IMG/VR virus record: IMGVR_UViG_3300042350_003419
Coordinates: 1-64,000 of that record
DNA: 64,000 nt
Strand: one strand, 5' to 3'
Source of the DNA: a virus
Lineage: Duplodnaviria; Caudoviricetes
Numbering within the stretch: position 1 is the stretch's first letter; each line of letters begins with the position of its first letter. The position numbers and the translations under genes were made by a program. Shown here piece after piece: positions 37,641-47,469 of this stretch. Under the pieces are notes generated by a model. It did not search any database. It saw nothing but the letters and a program-made list of their open reading frames with translations, and had not been told where the DNA came from.

Positions 37641-37711
37641 GCCCTATAAGCATTGTGGTGATGCAGCAGTTTTGTAAACTGCAGAGAACAGTTCAATTCT
37701 GTTATGGGGCT
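37641..37711 (+). tRNA. tRNA-Thr(TGT)
   Basis: GCAGT-TTTGTAA-ACTGC; GTTCAATTC. Confidence 0.85.
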
Positions 37712-37789
37712 TGACATAATACTCATTATGTCATATACTTCATATGTCCGTGTGAAGGCAAGTGCCGGGAGAGTCAAATCTCCCACATT

Positions 37790-37861
37790 GCGGATTTAAT
37801 TCAGTGGTAGAATGGCTGCCTTCCAAGCAGTTCGTCAGGGGTTCGAATCCCCTAATCCGCT
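37790..37861 (+). tRNA. tRNA-Gly(TCC)
   Basis: canonical cloverleaf. Confidence 0.93.
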
Positions 37862-37919
37862 TGCTCCATAATTCCTGGAGCTTCTAAATAAACACTGTAG
37901 TTGTAAATCTTAACACAAT

Positions 37920-38804
37920 ATGACTTTTCAAAATATTATTGCTGCCGGTGTAGTTGCTGCGTCTTCTATCGCTTCTCCTGCAATGGCACAAGTCACCAGC
38001 GTTAAGCAACTGGGTGATGTTCAACCCACCCAGTGGTCTTATCAAGCAATCACTAATCTGGTAGAGCGTTACGGTTGTGTTGCTGGTTATCCTGATGGCA
38101 CTTTCCGTCCCGGTCAACCTGCTACTCGTGCTGAACTTGCTGCTCTGACGAATGCCTGCCTTGACCGCATTAGTGAGTATCAAACCGCTGCTGATGCTGC
38201 TCTTGCCGCTGCCCTGCGTGCTGAATTCTCTAAAGAGATTGCTGCAACCAATACTCGTGTGAGTGCTCTTGAGGTTGCTGCTGCTCAAAAGGCACAAGGA
38301 GTTGGTAACTATCTAGGTGTTGGTGTGCTTCTCGATCAGCAAGGTGTTGCTGGCAATGGTTACAGTGCTCAGCGTACTGTTTCTGGTGCCACGATTCAAG
38401 CACGATATGCCGTGAAGAACTTCACTAATCTGAATGCTGTTTCGGTCCGCCCCTATGCCAACCTTGTTGGTAGTCCTGCTGGTCAAATCGGTGCTGGTGG
38501 TGGTGCTCTGGTTTCCTATGATTGGAGTATTTCCCGTGCCAAGAGTGGTGTGAGTCGTGCCAATGTGTATGCTGGTGCTGGTTATCAGATTCCTTTCGTG
38601 AATGAAACTGCTGCTAACTATCAGTCTGCTGTCGGCAATCGTGGTCAATTTGTTCTTGCTCTTGGAGTCGAAGGTCGTATCAGCAATTCACTCGTTGGTT
38701 TTGCTGACCTGAAGTTCCCTACCACCAATTCTGCTAACAGTTACGGTGCTACCAATGGAACTTACTCACCAGTCTTCACTACTGGTCTTGGTTTCAAGTT
38801 CTGA
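37920..38804 (+). CDS. SLH-domain outer-membrane beta-barrel protein (cyanobacterial porin-like N-terminus)
   Basis: signal peptide; DVQPTQWSYQAI..LVERYGCVAGYPDGTFRP..TRAE; terminal GLGFKF. Confidence 0.8.
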   Translation: MTFQNIIAAGVVAASSIASPAMAQVTSVKQLGDVQPTQWSYQAITNLVERYGCVAGYPDGTFRPGQPATRAELAALTNACLDRISEYQTAADAALAAALRAEFSKEIAATNTRVSALEVAAAQKAQGVGNYLGVGVLLDQQGVAGNGYSAQRTVSGATIQARYAVKNFTNLNAVSVRPYANLVGSPAGQIGAGGGALVSYDWSISRAKSGVSRANVYAGAGYQIPFVNETAANYQSAVGNRGQFVLALGVEGRISNSLVGFADLKFPTTNSANSYGATNGTYSPVFTTGLGFKF

Positions 38805-38883
38805 TATTTGAATACATAGTGTGAATTGGGGAGTTGACAACGACTCCCCTTTTCAGTATAATAAGTATCGAGTCAGGAGGATT

Positions 38884-39042
38884 ATGTCTCTTATATCCCA
38901 AATGGACCGCCAAATGGTTATTGAAGCACTTGAATATTACGTTCAGAAACTCAAAGAAGATAACTGCACCGAGAATTCTATTACTGCATTTCAAACACTT
39001 CTTAATTGGATAGAACTGGAGTATTATAAGAATGAAAATTAA
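38884..39042 (+). CDS. small hypothetical protein
   Basis: AGGAGG SD; TTGACA-17-TATAAT promoter upstream. Confidence 0.6.
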   Translation: MSLISQMDRQMVIEALEYYVQKLKEDNCTENSITAFQTLLNWIELEYYKNEN

Positions 39043-39203
39043 TTTGTGGTTCTGCTCCGAAATGAATCATTGGAGGTGGACTCTCTGCGATAGTTCTCGT
39101 CCAATTCGTAAACAGGAATCTGGGCAAAGAGAAAATCTCCGTGATGCTATGAGCGATATTGCCAATACTGTAGAGTATATGCTAGGATCTCATTGATTTT
39201 ATT

Positions 39204-39276
39204 GCCCGATGACCCAGCAAGTGAAGGGACCTGATTTACACTCAGACATCGACGGGAGCATTACCTGTATCGGGCA
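39204..39276 (+). tRNA. tRNA-Val(TAC), atypical T-loop
   Basis: GCCCGAT/ATCGGGC acceptor; TTTACAC loop; T-loop AGCATTA. Confidence 0.7.
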
Positions 39277-39308
39277 CTTATTATAAATACTTGAAAAGTA
39301 TTGGTGTA

Positions 39309-39743
39309 ATGGAAAAACTTTATAAATTATTAAGTGATACTCAAGCATCACTTTTTTTGCTATTCCAAAAAACCTGGGTCTATCACTGGCATGTTGTAGG
39401 ACCAGACTTTAAGCAAATTCATGATTTGTTTGGAGATCAATATGAAGCAATTCAAGAAGAAGTTGATCGTATAGCAGAACATATGAGATTTTTGGGTATT
39501 AAACCTATCAGCTCTTTATCTAGAGTTCTGGAAGTCTCTGGTGTTGGGGAAGCAAAAACTAATATTTCTGAAATGGAAATGATTAAAGATTTACTTGATG
39601 GGCATAAAAAGATTATAGATATGTTAGGTGAAGTTGCTGAAGAAGCAGAAGCACAAAAGTCAAGAGGAACTGTTAATCTTGTTGATGATTTAAATGAAGC
39701 ACACGGTAAGTTCGTTTGGATGCTTCGTTCATTTACTGAATAA
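39309..39743 (+). CDS. dps: Dps/ferritin-like DNA protection protein
   Basis: YHWHVVGPDF..IH.LF..QY...D.IAEH...H.K.VWML. Confidence 0.88.
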   Translation: MEKLYKLLSDTQASLFLLFQKTWVYHWHVVGPDFKQIHDLFGDQYEAIQEEVDRIAEHMRFLGIKPISSLSRVLEVSGVGEAKTNISEMEMIKDLLDGHKKIIDMLGEVAEEAEAQKSRGTVNLVDDLNEAHGKFVWMLRSFTE

Positions 39744-39755
39744 TTAATTGTAAAG

Positions 39756-40016
39756 ATGGAAAATTTAAAAATTAGATGTAAATCTTGCGGAAGTGAGATA
39801 GAAGGAAAGTCTGGAAAAACAGTTGCGTGTGGATGCCCTAATATGGCAACTGTTCGTAATAATGAAAATATTGCGGCACTTGACTTATCAAAGGTTGTCA
39901 TAATAAACTATATGAGTACCAAAGAGAAATCTAATGTTCTTACTAATGAAGACCTTGCCTTTCAAGAAGCAAGGCGTCGGCGTAAAGTAAGACGCTTAGA
40001 TTTTGAAGTCCGATAA
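39756..40016 (+). CDS. zinc-ribbon hypothetical protein
   Basis: CKSC...CGCPN. Confidence 0.6.
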   Translation: MENLKIRCKSCGSEIEGKSGKTVACGCPNMATVRNNENIAALDLSKVVIINYMSTKEKSNVLTNEDLAFQEARRRRKVRRLDFEVR

Positions 40017-40026
40017 GGACTTATTT

Positions 40027-40109
40027 GGAGAGAGTCCGGTTGGTCGAGGACACCGCCTTGAAAGCGGCTGGGTTTAAAAGCTTCGCAGGTTCGATTCCTG
40101 TTCTCTCCG
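40027..40109 (+). tRNA. tRNA-Ser(TGA)
   Basis: variable arm; CTTGAAA loop. Confidence 0.9.
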
Positions 40110-40223
40110 TTACAAATGCTACAAAATTTTAGATTTTTTTAATCTATATTTTTGTATCAACACATAGTTGACATTTGCAAAATACTTACTAAGATAACTA
40201 GTAAGTATCAAACTAAATTCCCA

Positions 40224-40376
40224 ATGGATGATCACACTTACCAAAATTGGGTGAAAATTAAAGCAACCTTTGAAAACTCTGGTAATACTGACAATACATT
40301 TTACCGAAGAGCGTGTGAAATAGTCAAAACCAAAAAAGATCCTCTCGCAAAGTATCTTGGAGATAAGAATGACTAA
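40224..40376 (+). CDS. small conserved cyanophage protein
   Basis: MDDHTYQNWVKIK..FE.SGNT...FYRRA. Confidence 0.55.
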   Translation: MDDHTYQNWVKIKATFENSGNTDNTFYRRACEIVKTKKDPLAKYLGDKND

Positions 40377-40447
40377 CACACTTATAGTTGCTGTTATTCT
40401 TCTCGGATTAATTTCATTCTTCATTCAGTGGAGTCTTACGCACGCAT

Positions 40448-40633
40448 ATGGATAAGCAAAGATATAGTTTCGCTATGACTTGCTTTGTAAGGTCTTATGG
40501 CAGACATGTCTTGAATGATAATCACATCAAACAGTTTTGTAGGGAATGGTCTGAATGGGGGGTAGATGCTCCATTAGGCGATATTGTAGATCAATACTTC
40601 CATTATGAATATAAGAATTGGAGAGGAATATGA
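40448..40633 (+). CDS. hypothetical protein
   Basis: ORF track. Confidence 0.5.
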   Translation: MDKQRYSFAMTCFVRSYGRHVLNDNHIKQFCREWSEWGVDAPLGDIVDQYFHYEYKNWRGI

Positions 40634-40820
40634 TTTTTCACATTGTGGAATATCTGGCACAAAGTCCAGTTTGGTTGGGTCTTTGTGGGGCAGGATTGAC
40701 AGTTGCCCCGATTATGGGTATAATGCTTATACACAAACAAAATGGTAAGTAACTTGTTTTGAGATAATCCCGAAACTTATTACTTTTATAAATAGTTATA
40801 AGAAAAGGTTTTTATCTTTT

Positions 40821-41375
40821 ATGAAAAGGCATACCACTAAAGAACAACTTTTGAGTGCTTGTGTAGGATCAAATGGTCCAGCACAAGTTTTAAAAAAGTT
40901 AGGTTTGTGTGAAAATGGAGCAACTCGTGCTTATCTTAAAAAAATTGCTTTGCAATATGATGTAGAAATACCAAAGTATGAAACTCCAAGAAAATATGAA
41001 TTAATTGAAAAAAAATGCCCTGTTTGTGGTAAAATATTTACAGCATCAAAGGGTAACAAAAGAGAAAAAACAGTTTGTTCTCGTGCCTGCTCTAATACAC
41101 ATTTTAGAAGCGGGGAAAATAATCCAAACTTTAAAGATGGATTTGATGGTGATAAAGCATATAGAAAAATATGCTTCAAATATCATCCAAAAAAATGCTG
41201 CATTTGTGGATTTGATCACATTGTTGAAGTTCATCATATGGACTGTAACAAGGAAAATAATAACCCAAATAATTTAATTCCTCTGTGCCCAAATCACCAT
41301 AGAATGTTTCATTCAAGATATCGTCAGTTAGTATCTCCACTAATTGAAGACTATATAAAATATAACCAGGAGTAA
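40821..41375 (+). CDS. HNH endonuclease whose stop lies inside tRNA-Pro
   Basis: CPVCGK...CSRAC; CCICG...VHHMD.N..NN..NL..LCPNHH. Confidence 0.85.
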   Translation: MKRHTTKEQLLSACVGSNGPAQVLKKLGLCENGATRAYLKKIALQYDVEIPKYETPRKYELIEKKCPVCGKIFTASKGNKREKTVCSRACSNTHFRSGENNPNFKDGFDGDKAYRKICFKYHPKKCCICGFDHIVEVHHMDCNKENNNPNNLIPLCPNHHRMFHSRYRQLVSPLIEDYIKYNQE

Positions 41376-41437
41376 GTCAGCGGTAGACGGCACCGTTTGG
41401 GGCGGTGAAGACGTTGGTTCGATCCCAACCTTCTGGA
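41366..41437 (+). tRNA. tRNA-Pro(TGG)
   Basis: CCAGGAG/CTTCTGG acceptor; CACCG-TTTGGGG-CGGTG. Confidence 0.88.
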
Positions 41438-41513
41438 TTGCCAGTTTCTTCACTGGTACACTTGACACAAAACTCTCCAACCCTTATAATACTAGAGTAA
41501 ACAAATCAAAGCA

Positions 41514-41729
41514 ATGTCTCTGGCTATCAAATTCAAGAAAGATATTAGTACTCTTCGTGCCGCAGCGAATGGTGATTTTTATCTTGATGTAAAGAATCCG
41601 AAACTTTATAAAAAGATTCGTCGTTATTATCAAAATGAAGGAGTAATCTTCTCCGATGATCCTTTGGATAATTATGATATTCTTATTGAGTGCATCGCTC
41701 AAGATCTTGAATCTGTTGAAGTTGCATGA
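41514..41729 (+). CDS. conserved cyanophage protein
   Basis: KFKKDI..LRAA....YLDVKNPKLYKK; promoter TTGACA..TATAAT upstream. Confidence 0.6.
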   Translation: MSLAIKFKKDISTLRAAANGDFYLDVKNPKLYKKIRRYYQNEGVIFSDDPLDNYDILIECIAQDLESVEVA

Positions 41730-41977
41730 TTAAAGTTCTTTTAGAGCGTGAAGGATATCGCTTTATTGAATCGGGTATTCTTGAGATAAACGGTAAACCT
41801 GATTATCGTTTACAAAAGCAAAATTATTACACCAAACGATGGAATGATATTTATCTTTTTGATAATAGTCTACAATGTTCTACTGCAATGGAGGATCACC
41901 AATATTGTAGGTGGTTAGATCCAGAAAGAGTTCCTTGTTATATAAAAGATGACAAAGAAGACACGGATGGTCTATAA
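41726..41977 (+). CDS. conserved cyanophage protein
   Basis: INGKPDYRLQ...YLFDN..QC..AMED. Confidence 0.6.
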   Translation: MIKVLLEREGYRFIESGILEINGKPDYRLQKQNYYTKRWNDIYLFDNSLQCSTAMEDHQYCRWLDPERVPCYIKDDKEDTDGL

Positions 41978-42005
41978 CAGCACTTGTCAGTTATGAATCC
42001 CCCTT

Positions 42006-42233
42006 ATGTCTAAAACAAGTATCCTGAGATACATTGGCAACTTTCTCCTCTTACTTGGTTATCAAATCATGTTGTGGGGAGATTTTAAAAGTGGTTTGAT
42101 GATAAAATTTATCGGAGGACTACTCGGTATTCCTTTTGCTATCAAGCTCAAACTCTGGGATGTGTTATTTTTAATATCATTTTTTGGCATTTCTGAGATA
42201 TCAAAATTATCCCAACTTTTCTTGGTTTCGTAA
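42006..42233 (+). CDS. small membrane protein
   Basis: three hydrophobic segments. Confidence 0.55.
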   Translation: MSKTSILRYIGNFLLLLGYQIMLWGDFKSGLMIKFIGGLLGIPFAIKLKLWDVLFLISFFGISEISKLSQLFLVS

Positions 42234-42375
42234 AACCAAGTGGTGGAGTCAAGTTCAAACCCTGATTTGCCCTCGTCGTATGGGCATTATAAGTGACGAC
42301 TGGTGCGGATGGGACTCTCTCCCGCCTGGTTTCTTATTTCCAGTCAAAGAATAAGTGGCGAGCCTAAAGACCCCA
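42218..42375 (+). ncRNA. wcaG/manA-type cyanophage RNA motif upstream of gmd
   Basis: repeated hairpin-TGGYG units (TGGTGGAG, TGGTGCGGA, TGGCGAGCC); GACTGG/CCAGTC pseudoknot; position before GDP-fucose genes. Confidence 0.6.
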
Positions 42376-42433
42376 AAGGGGGAGTTGCATAAACTCTCCT
42401 TTTTTGCTATAATAATAAAAAAGTAGTTCTTAT

Positions 42434-43435
42434 ATGAAAGTTGCTTTAATTTCTGGGATCACGGGGCAAGATGGTTCATATCTTGCCGAACTTCTTTTGG
42501 AAAAAGGATATGAAGTTCACGGTATTATTCGTCGTGCCTCCCAAATCAATACGCAAAGAATAGATCATATTTACAATCAAATTAAGTTGCATTATGGAGA
42601 TCTTACTGACTCTACAAATCTTGTGAGAGTTATTCAGCAAGTTCAACCCGATGAAATATATAATCTAGGTGCTCAAAGTCACGTAAAGGTTTCTTTTGAG
42701 ATGCCTGAATATACTGGTATGGTTGATGGTCTTGGAACTCTTCGTATTTTAGAATCAGTTCGTCTTCTTGGAATGGAAAATAAGACTCGTATCTATCAAG
42801 CATCAACATCAGAAATGTTTGGTAAAGTACAAGAAATTCCTCAAAAAGAAACCACGCCTTTTTATCCTCGTTCACCTTATGGAGTTGCAAAAGTCTATGG
42901 ATACTGGATTACAAAAAACTACAGAGAATCTTACGGACTACACGCAAGTTCTGGAATTCTTTTCAATCACGAATCCCCTAGAAGAGGAGAAACTTTTGTC
43001 ACAAGAAAAATCACTAGAGGATTATCACGCATTTCAGTTGGGGAACAAGATATACTATATCTCGGGAATTTAAATGCCAAGAGGGACTGGGGACACGCCA
43101 GGGACTTTGTAGAGGCGATGTGGTTAATGCTTCAGCAGGATGAACCTGATGACTATGTAATCGCCACAGGAGAGCAGTATTCGGTGCGTGAGTTCGTTGA
43201 GGAAGCAGCACCCTATTTTGGAATGAAGATTGCTTGGGAAGGTGAAGGACTTGATGAAGTTGGATATGATACTTATTCTGGAAACCAAGTCATTCAGGTC
43301 AATCCTAAATATTTTAGACCTGCTGAAGTAGAGACTTTATTAGGTGATGCCACTAAGGCAAAGAAAAAATTAGGTTGGGAACCTAAAATTTTATTTAAAC
43401 AATTAGTTGAGGATATGTGCATTTATGGACAATAG
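42434..43435 (+). CDS. gmd: GDP-mannose 4,6-dehydratase
   Basis: [27 protein letters not shown]. Confidence 0.96.
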   Translation: MKVALISGITGQDGSYLAELLLEKGYEVHGIIRRASQINTQRIDHIYNQIKLHYGDLTDSTNLVRVIQQVQPDEIYNLGAQSHVKVSFEMPEYTGMVDGLGTLRILESVRLLGMENKTRIYQASTSEMFGKVQEIPQKETTPFYPRSPYGVAKVYGYWITKNYRESYGLHASSGILFNHESPRRGETFVTRKITRGLSRISVGEQDILYLGNLNAKRDWGHARDFVEAMWLMLQQDEPDDYVIATGEQYSVREFVEEAAPYFGMKIAWEGEGLDEVGYDTYSGNQVIQVNPKYFRPAEVETLLGDATKAKKKLGWEPKILFKQLVEDMCIYGQ

Positions 43436-44675
43436 TATGTTTCATAAAATAGAAAAATGTAGAGTCTGTGGTAATGAACATTATTCCACAGTTTTAGACC
43501 TGGGAAATCAATATCTATCTGGAATTTTTCCAAAATCTATAGATTTTGATATGTATCGTGGTCCCTTAAAACTTGTTAAGTGTGATGAATTAACGGGTGG
43601 ATGTGGGCACGTTCAATTGGAGCATACCTTTGATCTTCCTACGATGTATGGGGAAGAATATGGGTATCGTTCTGGATTAAATGCCAGTATGGTAAAACAT
43701 CTAAAATCTAAGTGTGAAAAAATTTCTAATTTTCTTGATCTAAAAGAAAATGATATTGTGATTGATATTGCCGGAAATGATGGAACATTCCTTGGATTCT
43801 TTTCACCAGAATTAAAACTGGTAAGTATTGATCCAACTTCTAAAAAGTTTTCAAAGTATTTCAAAGAACATGTAGATTATATCGCAGACTTTTTTACTGA
43901 AAAAACTTTTAGACAATTCTTTGGAGATTTTAATGCAAAGTTAGTAACTTCATTTTCAATGTTCTATGACTTAGAAGATCCTTGTCAGTTTGCTAAAGAG
44001 GTTAATTCTATTTTAGATCCCGAAGATGGAATTTGGGTTTTGGAGCAGAGTTATATGCCTGAGATGCTTCGTGCAAATTCTTTTGATACTGTATGCCATG
44101 AGCATCTATCATATTATGGAATGCGACAACTAAAATACATCATGGATCAGGCAGGATTGAAGATTATTGATTTTGAATTTAATGATGTAAATGGTGGAAG
44201 CATTTCACTTGTAGTTGCAAATAAAGACAGTAAATATGAAGAGGCAACTCAAATGTTAAATGATCTTCTTCAAGAAGAATTGGATCTTAAACTTAACACT
44301 ACTGAACCTTGGAATGATTTTTCTTTCCGCATTGAAGAATGTAGAATTAAGTTTTGGCAACTTATTAACAAGTGTAAAGAAGATGGATTAAAAATTGCTG
44401 CCCTTGGAGCTAGTACAAAGGGTAATGTAACACTTCAAACTTGGGGGGTTACTAATGATGATATTACTGTTGTAGGTGAAGTTAATCCTGATAAAGATGG
44501 ATCATTTACACCAGGAACTTGGATACCAATTAGAAATGAAGATTCTGTAATTGAAGAATATGATATTTTTATAATTCTTCCTTGGCACTTTAAAAATTTC
44601 TTTATTAATAGTACAAAGTTCAAAGGTAAAAAATTATTGTTCCCACTCCCCAATGCCGAAATTGTAATTCCTTAA
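43425..44675 (+). CDS. NDP-hexose C-methyltransferase family protein
   Basis: N-terminal CRVC zinc motif; DIAGNDGT; CHEHLSYY; GASTKGNV. Confidence 0.82.
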   Translation: MDNSMFHKIEKCRVCGNEHYSTVLDLGNQYLSGIFPKSIDFDMYRGPLKLVKCDELTGGCGHVQLEHTFDLPTMYGEEYGYRSGLNASMVKHLKSKCEKISNFLDLKENDIVIDIAGNDGTFLGFFSPELKLVSIDPTSKKFSKYFKEHVDYIADFFTEKTFRQFFGDFNAKLVTSFSMFYDLEDPCQFAKEVNSILDPEDGIWVLEQSYMPEMLRANSFDTVCHEHLSYYGMRQLKYIMDQAGLKIIDFEFNDVNGGSISLVVANKDSKYEEATQMLNDLLQEELDLKLNTTEPWNDFSFRIEECRIKFWQLINKCKEDGLKIAALGASTKGNVTLQTWGVTNDDITVVGEVNPDKDGSFTPGTWIPIRNEDSVIEEYDIFIILPWHFKNFFINSTKFKGKKLLFPLPNAEIVIP

Positions 44676-44679
44676 TATC

Positions 44680-45615
44680 ATGAAAAAACAATCTAAAATA
44701 TTTGTTGCGGGACACCGAGGACTTGTTGGATCTGCCATTGTGAGAAACTTAAAAGAAAATGGATATACAAATATTCTTACTAAAACTCGTCAAGAGTTGG
44801 ATCTTTTAAATCAAAAAGATGTTCTTGATTTTTTTGAAGATCAAAAACCAGAGTATGTTTTTGATGCAGCTGCCCGTGTTGGTGGTATCTATGCAAATGA
44901 TACATTCTCTGGAGATTTTATCTACGAGAACATACAAATTCAAACTAATTTGATTAATAGTTCTTATAGATCTGGTGTAGAAAAGTTCTTATTTCTTGGA
45001 TCTGTTTGCATCTATCCCAAGTTTGCTGAAGTCCCGGTTAAAGAGGAATCTCTTCTTACTGGATATCTTGAACCAACAAATGATGCTTATGCTATAGCAA
45101 AGATATCTGGAATTAAAATGCTTCAGGCATATAATAAACAGTATGGATTTAAAGGAGTCTCACTAATGCCATCGAATCTTTATGGTATTGGAGATAATTT
45201 TCATCCAGATAATGGTCATGTAATTCCGGCAATGATGACAAAATTTAATAACTCAAATGGAAAATCTGTAACTTTTTGGGGAGATGGTACTCCAATGCGA
45301 GAATTTCTTTATTCTGATGACCTTGCGGATGCTTGTTTATTTGCGATGGATAATTTTGAGAATGCTGAATTGATTAATGTTGGATCTGGAGAAAATATTA
45401 GTATTAAGAATTTAGCACAAACTGTAGCATCTGTTGTTGGTTATACTGGTGAAATTGAATGGGATACTTCTCGTCCGAATGGTACTCCAAACAGACCATT
45501 GGATTGTTCAAAAATGACAAATTTTGGATGGAAACCAAAATATACTTTATATGATGGATTGAAAAAAACCTATCAATGGTTTATAGAAAATTCCCACCAT
45601 GATTCCTTAAAATAA
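44680..45615 (+). CDS. fcl: GDP-L-fucose synthase
   Basis: GHRGLVGSA, AAARVGGI, GSVCIYP, YAIAK. Confidence 0.95.
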   Translation: MKKQSKIFVAGHRGLVGSAIVRNLKENGYTNILTKTRQELDLLNQKDVLDFFEDQKPEYVFDAAARVGGIYANDTFSGDFIYENIQIQTNLINSSYRSGVEKFLFLGSVCIYPKFAEVPVKEESLLTGYLEPTNDAYAIAKISGIKMLQAYNKQYGFKGVSLMPSNLYGIGDNFHPDNGHVIPAMMTKFNNSNGKSVTFWGDGTPMREFLYSDDLADACLFAMDNFENAELINVGSGENISIKNLAQTVASVVGYTGEIEWDTSRPNGTPNRPLDCSKMTNFGWKPKYTLYDGLKKTYQWFIENSHHDSLK

Positions 45616-46451
45616 TGAATTTTTCTTCAGGATTATCTGGGTGTAAAATACAACTTTTAGATAATAAAATAGTAAGAAAATCTTCACCATCCATAAATTA
45701 TAATTCTAGATTGATATTGCAAATAGATAAGCAAAATTTATTTTCAAATTTAATTTTTAAAAATATCAATACTCCAAAAATTTTAAATATTAATCAAGAT
45801 AGTTTATATTATTTTGATATGGAGTATATACATGGAAAATGTTTTTCTGAGTATTTTTCAGTTGCTAATAATTTCGATATAAAATTCGTTTTAGAAACTT
45901 TATTTGAATATTTTGATACATTAATTGGAAATTATAAAACAACTAATGTTCAAAATAGTATTTTAAAAAAAATAAAAATACTAAAAGAAAAAACTGCTTA
46001 TAAAGAGTATCTAAATTACTTGGAAAATTATGTGATAAAAGAAAAGATTATCATTCCAAAAACTTTTTGTCATGGAGATTTGACATTTAATAATATTATT
46101 TTTCATAAAAAAAGATTGTTTTTCATAGACTTTTTGGATTCATATATTGATAGTTTTTTGTGCGATTTAATTAAATTAAAACAAGATTTATTTTACTCTT
46201 GGGGAATTTCTATTGAAAATAAAAAATGTATAAGAATCCATCAAGTTTATACTTATATTTGGAAAGAAATTGAAGACAAATATTTTAGATATATTAATCA
46301 TATAAATTTTGATATTCTGGATGCTCTTAATCTCCTAAGATTAGAACCATACTTGACTAATCAATATCAAAGAAGTATACTTAATCAAATAATAAAAACT
46401 ACAAAATTATATGAGAAGTTTAGTAATACCTATGGCAGGGAAATCAAGTAG
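45615..46451 (+). CDS. APH/choline-kinase-like phosphotransferase
   Basis: CHGDLTFNN...FIDF. Confidence 0.75.
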   Translation: MNFSSGLSGCKIQLLDNKIVRKSSPSINYNSRLILQIDKQNLFSNLIFKNINTPKILNINQDSLYYFDMEYIHGKCFSEYFSVANNFDIKFVLETLFEYFDTLIGNYKTTNVQNSILKKIKILKEKTAYKEYLNYLENYVIKEKIIIPKTFCHGDLTFNNIIFHKKRLFFIDFLDSYIDSFLCDLIKLKQDLFYSWGISIENKKCIRIHQVYTYIWKEIEDKYFRYINHINFDILDALNLLRLEPYLTNQYQRSILNQIIKTTKLYEKFSNTYGREIK

Positions 46452-47469
46452 ATTTCCCAATATGAGACCTAAGTGGATGTTAACGCATCCAATGTCTAAT
46501 CGCTTTATGGCAATAGAATCTATTTTAGGATTAAATTTAGATTTCTTTGATAAAATATATTTCATTTGCTTAGAGGAGCACGAAGAGCAATATTCTTTTT
46601 CTTATGGATTTCAAAAAGAAATTGAATCTTTAAATCTACAAAATAAAACTGAAATATCTTTTTTAAAAAAACAAACAAAATCTCAATCAGAAACAGTTTA
46701 TAATTTTTTAATTCAAAATAATATAGATGGATTTATTTTCATAAAAGATTCTGATGGATATTATCAATGCAATATTGAAACTGAAAATAATCAAGCTGCA
46801 TTTTTTGATTTAAATGATATGGATAATATTAATGCTAGAACAAAGAGTTATATTGAATTTGATATTAATGGTATTATTACAAATATTGTAGAAAAAAAAG
46901 TAATCAGTTCTACTTTTTCTGTCGGTGGGTATGGGTTTTCATCAGCATCAGAATTTTGCAAAACTTATGAAAAATTTATGGATACTGAAGAAGAGTGTTA
47001 TATTAGTCATATTATTTTTGATATGATTTTGTCAGGATCTCTTTTTTATGGAATTAAAACATCTAACTTTAAAGACTGGGGAACCATAGAATCTTGGAAC
47101 TTATATAAAAGTCAATATAAGTGTTTGTTTGTAGATATCGATGGAACACTCGTTACTAATTCTTCAATTCATTTTCCACCATATGTTGGGTCAGGAATTA
47201 GTATTCAAGAAAATATAGATTTTTTAAGAGAGTTACATCAGTCTGGAAAAGTTAAAATAGTTCTTACTACTAGTAGACCAGAATATCTTAAAGATGTTAC
47301 TGTTTTGGAGATGGAAAGTAAGGGCATTCCATATGATCATTTAATTATGGGACTGCCGCACTGTCAAAGAATTTTAATTAATGATTTTGCAAAAAGTAAT
47401 CCATATCCATCTTGTTCTGCAATTAATATTACTAGAAACTCTAATCAATTGAGAGAGTATTTTAAATGA
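46411..47469 (+). CDS. NTP-sugar nucleotidyltransferase fused to a HAD phosphatase
   Basis: IPMAGKSSRF...PK; C-terminal DIDGT..TSR. Confidence 0.78.
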   Translation: MRSLVIPMAGKSSRFPNMRPKWMLTHPMSNRFMAIESILGLNLDFFDKIYFICLEEHEEQYSFSYGFQKEIESLNLQNKTEISFLKKQTKSQSETVYNFLIQNNIDGFIFIKDSDGYYQCNIETENNQAAFFDLNDMDNINARTKSYIEFDINGIITNIVEKKVISSTFSVGGYGFSSASEFCKTYEKFMDTEEECYISHIIFDMILSGSLFYGIKTSNFKDWGTIESWNLYKSQYKCLFVDIDGTLVTNSSIHFPPYVGSGISIQENIDFLRELHQSGKVKIVLTTSRPEYLKDVTVLEMESKGIPYDHLIMGLPHCQRILINDFAKSNPYPSCSAINITRNSNQLREYFK

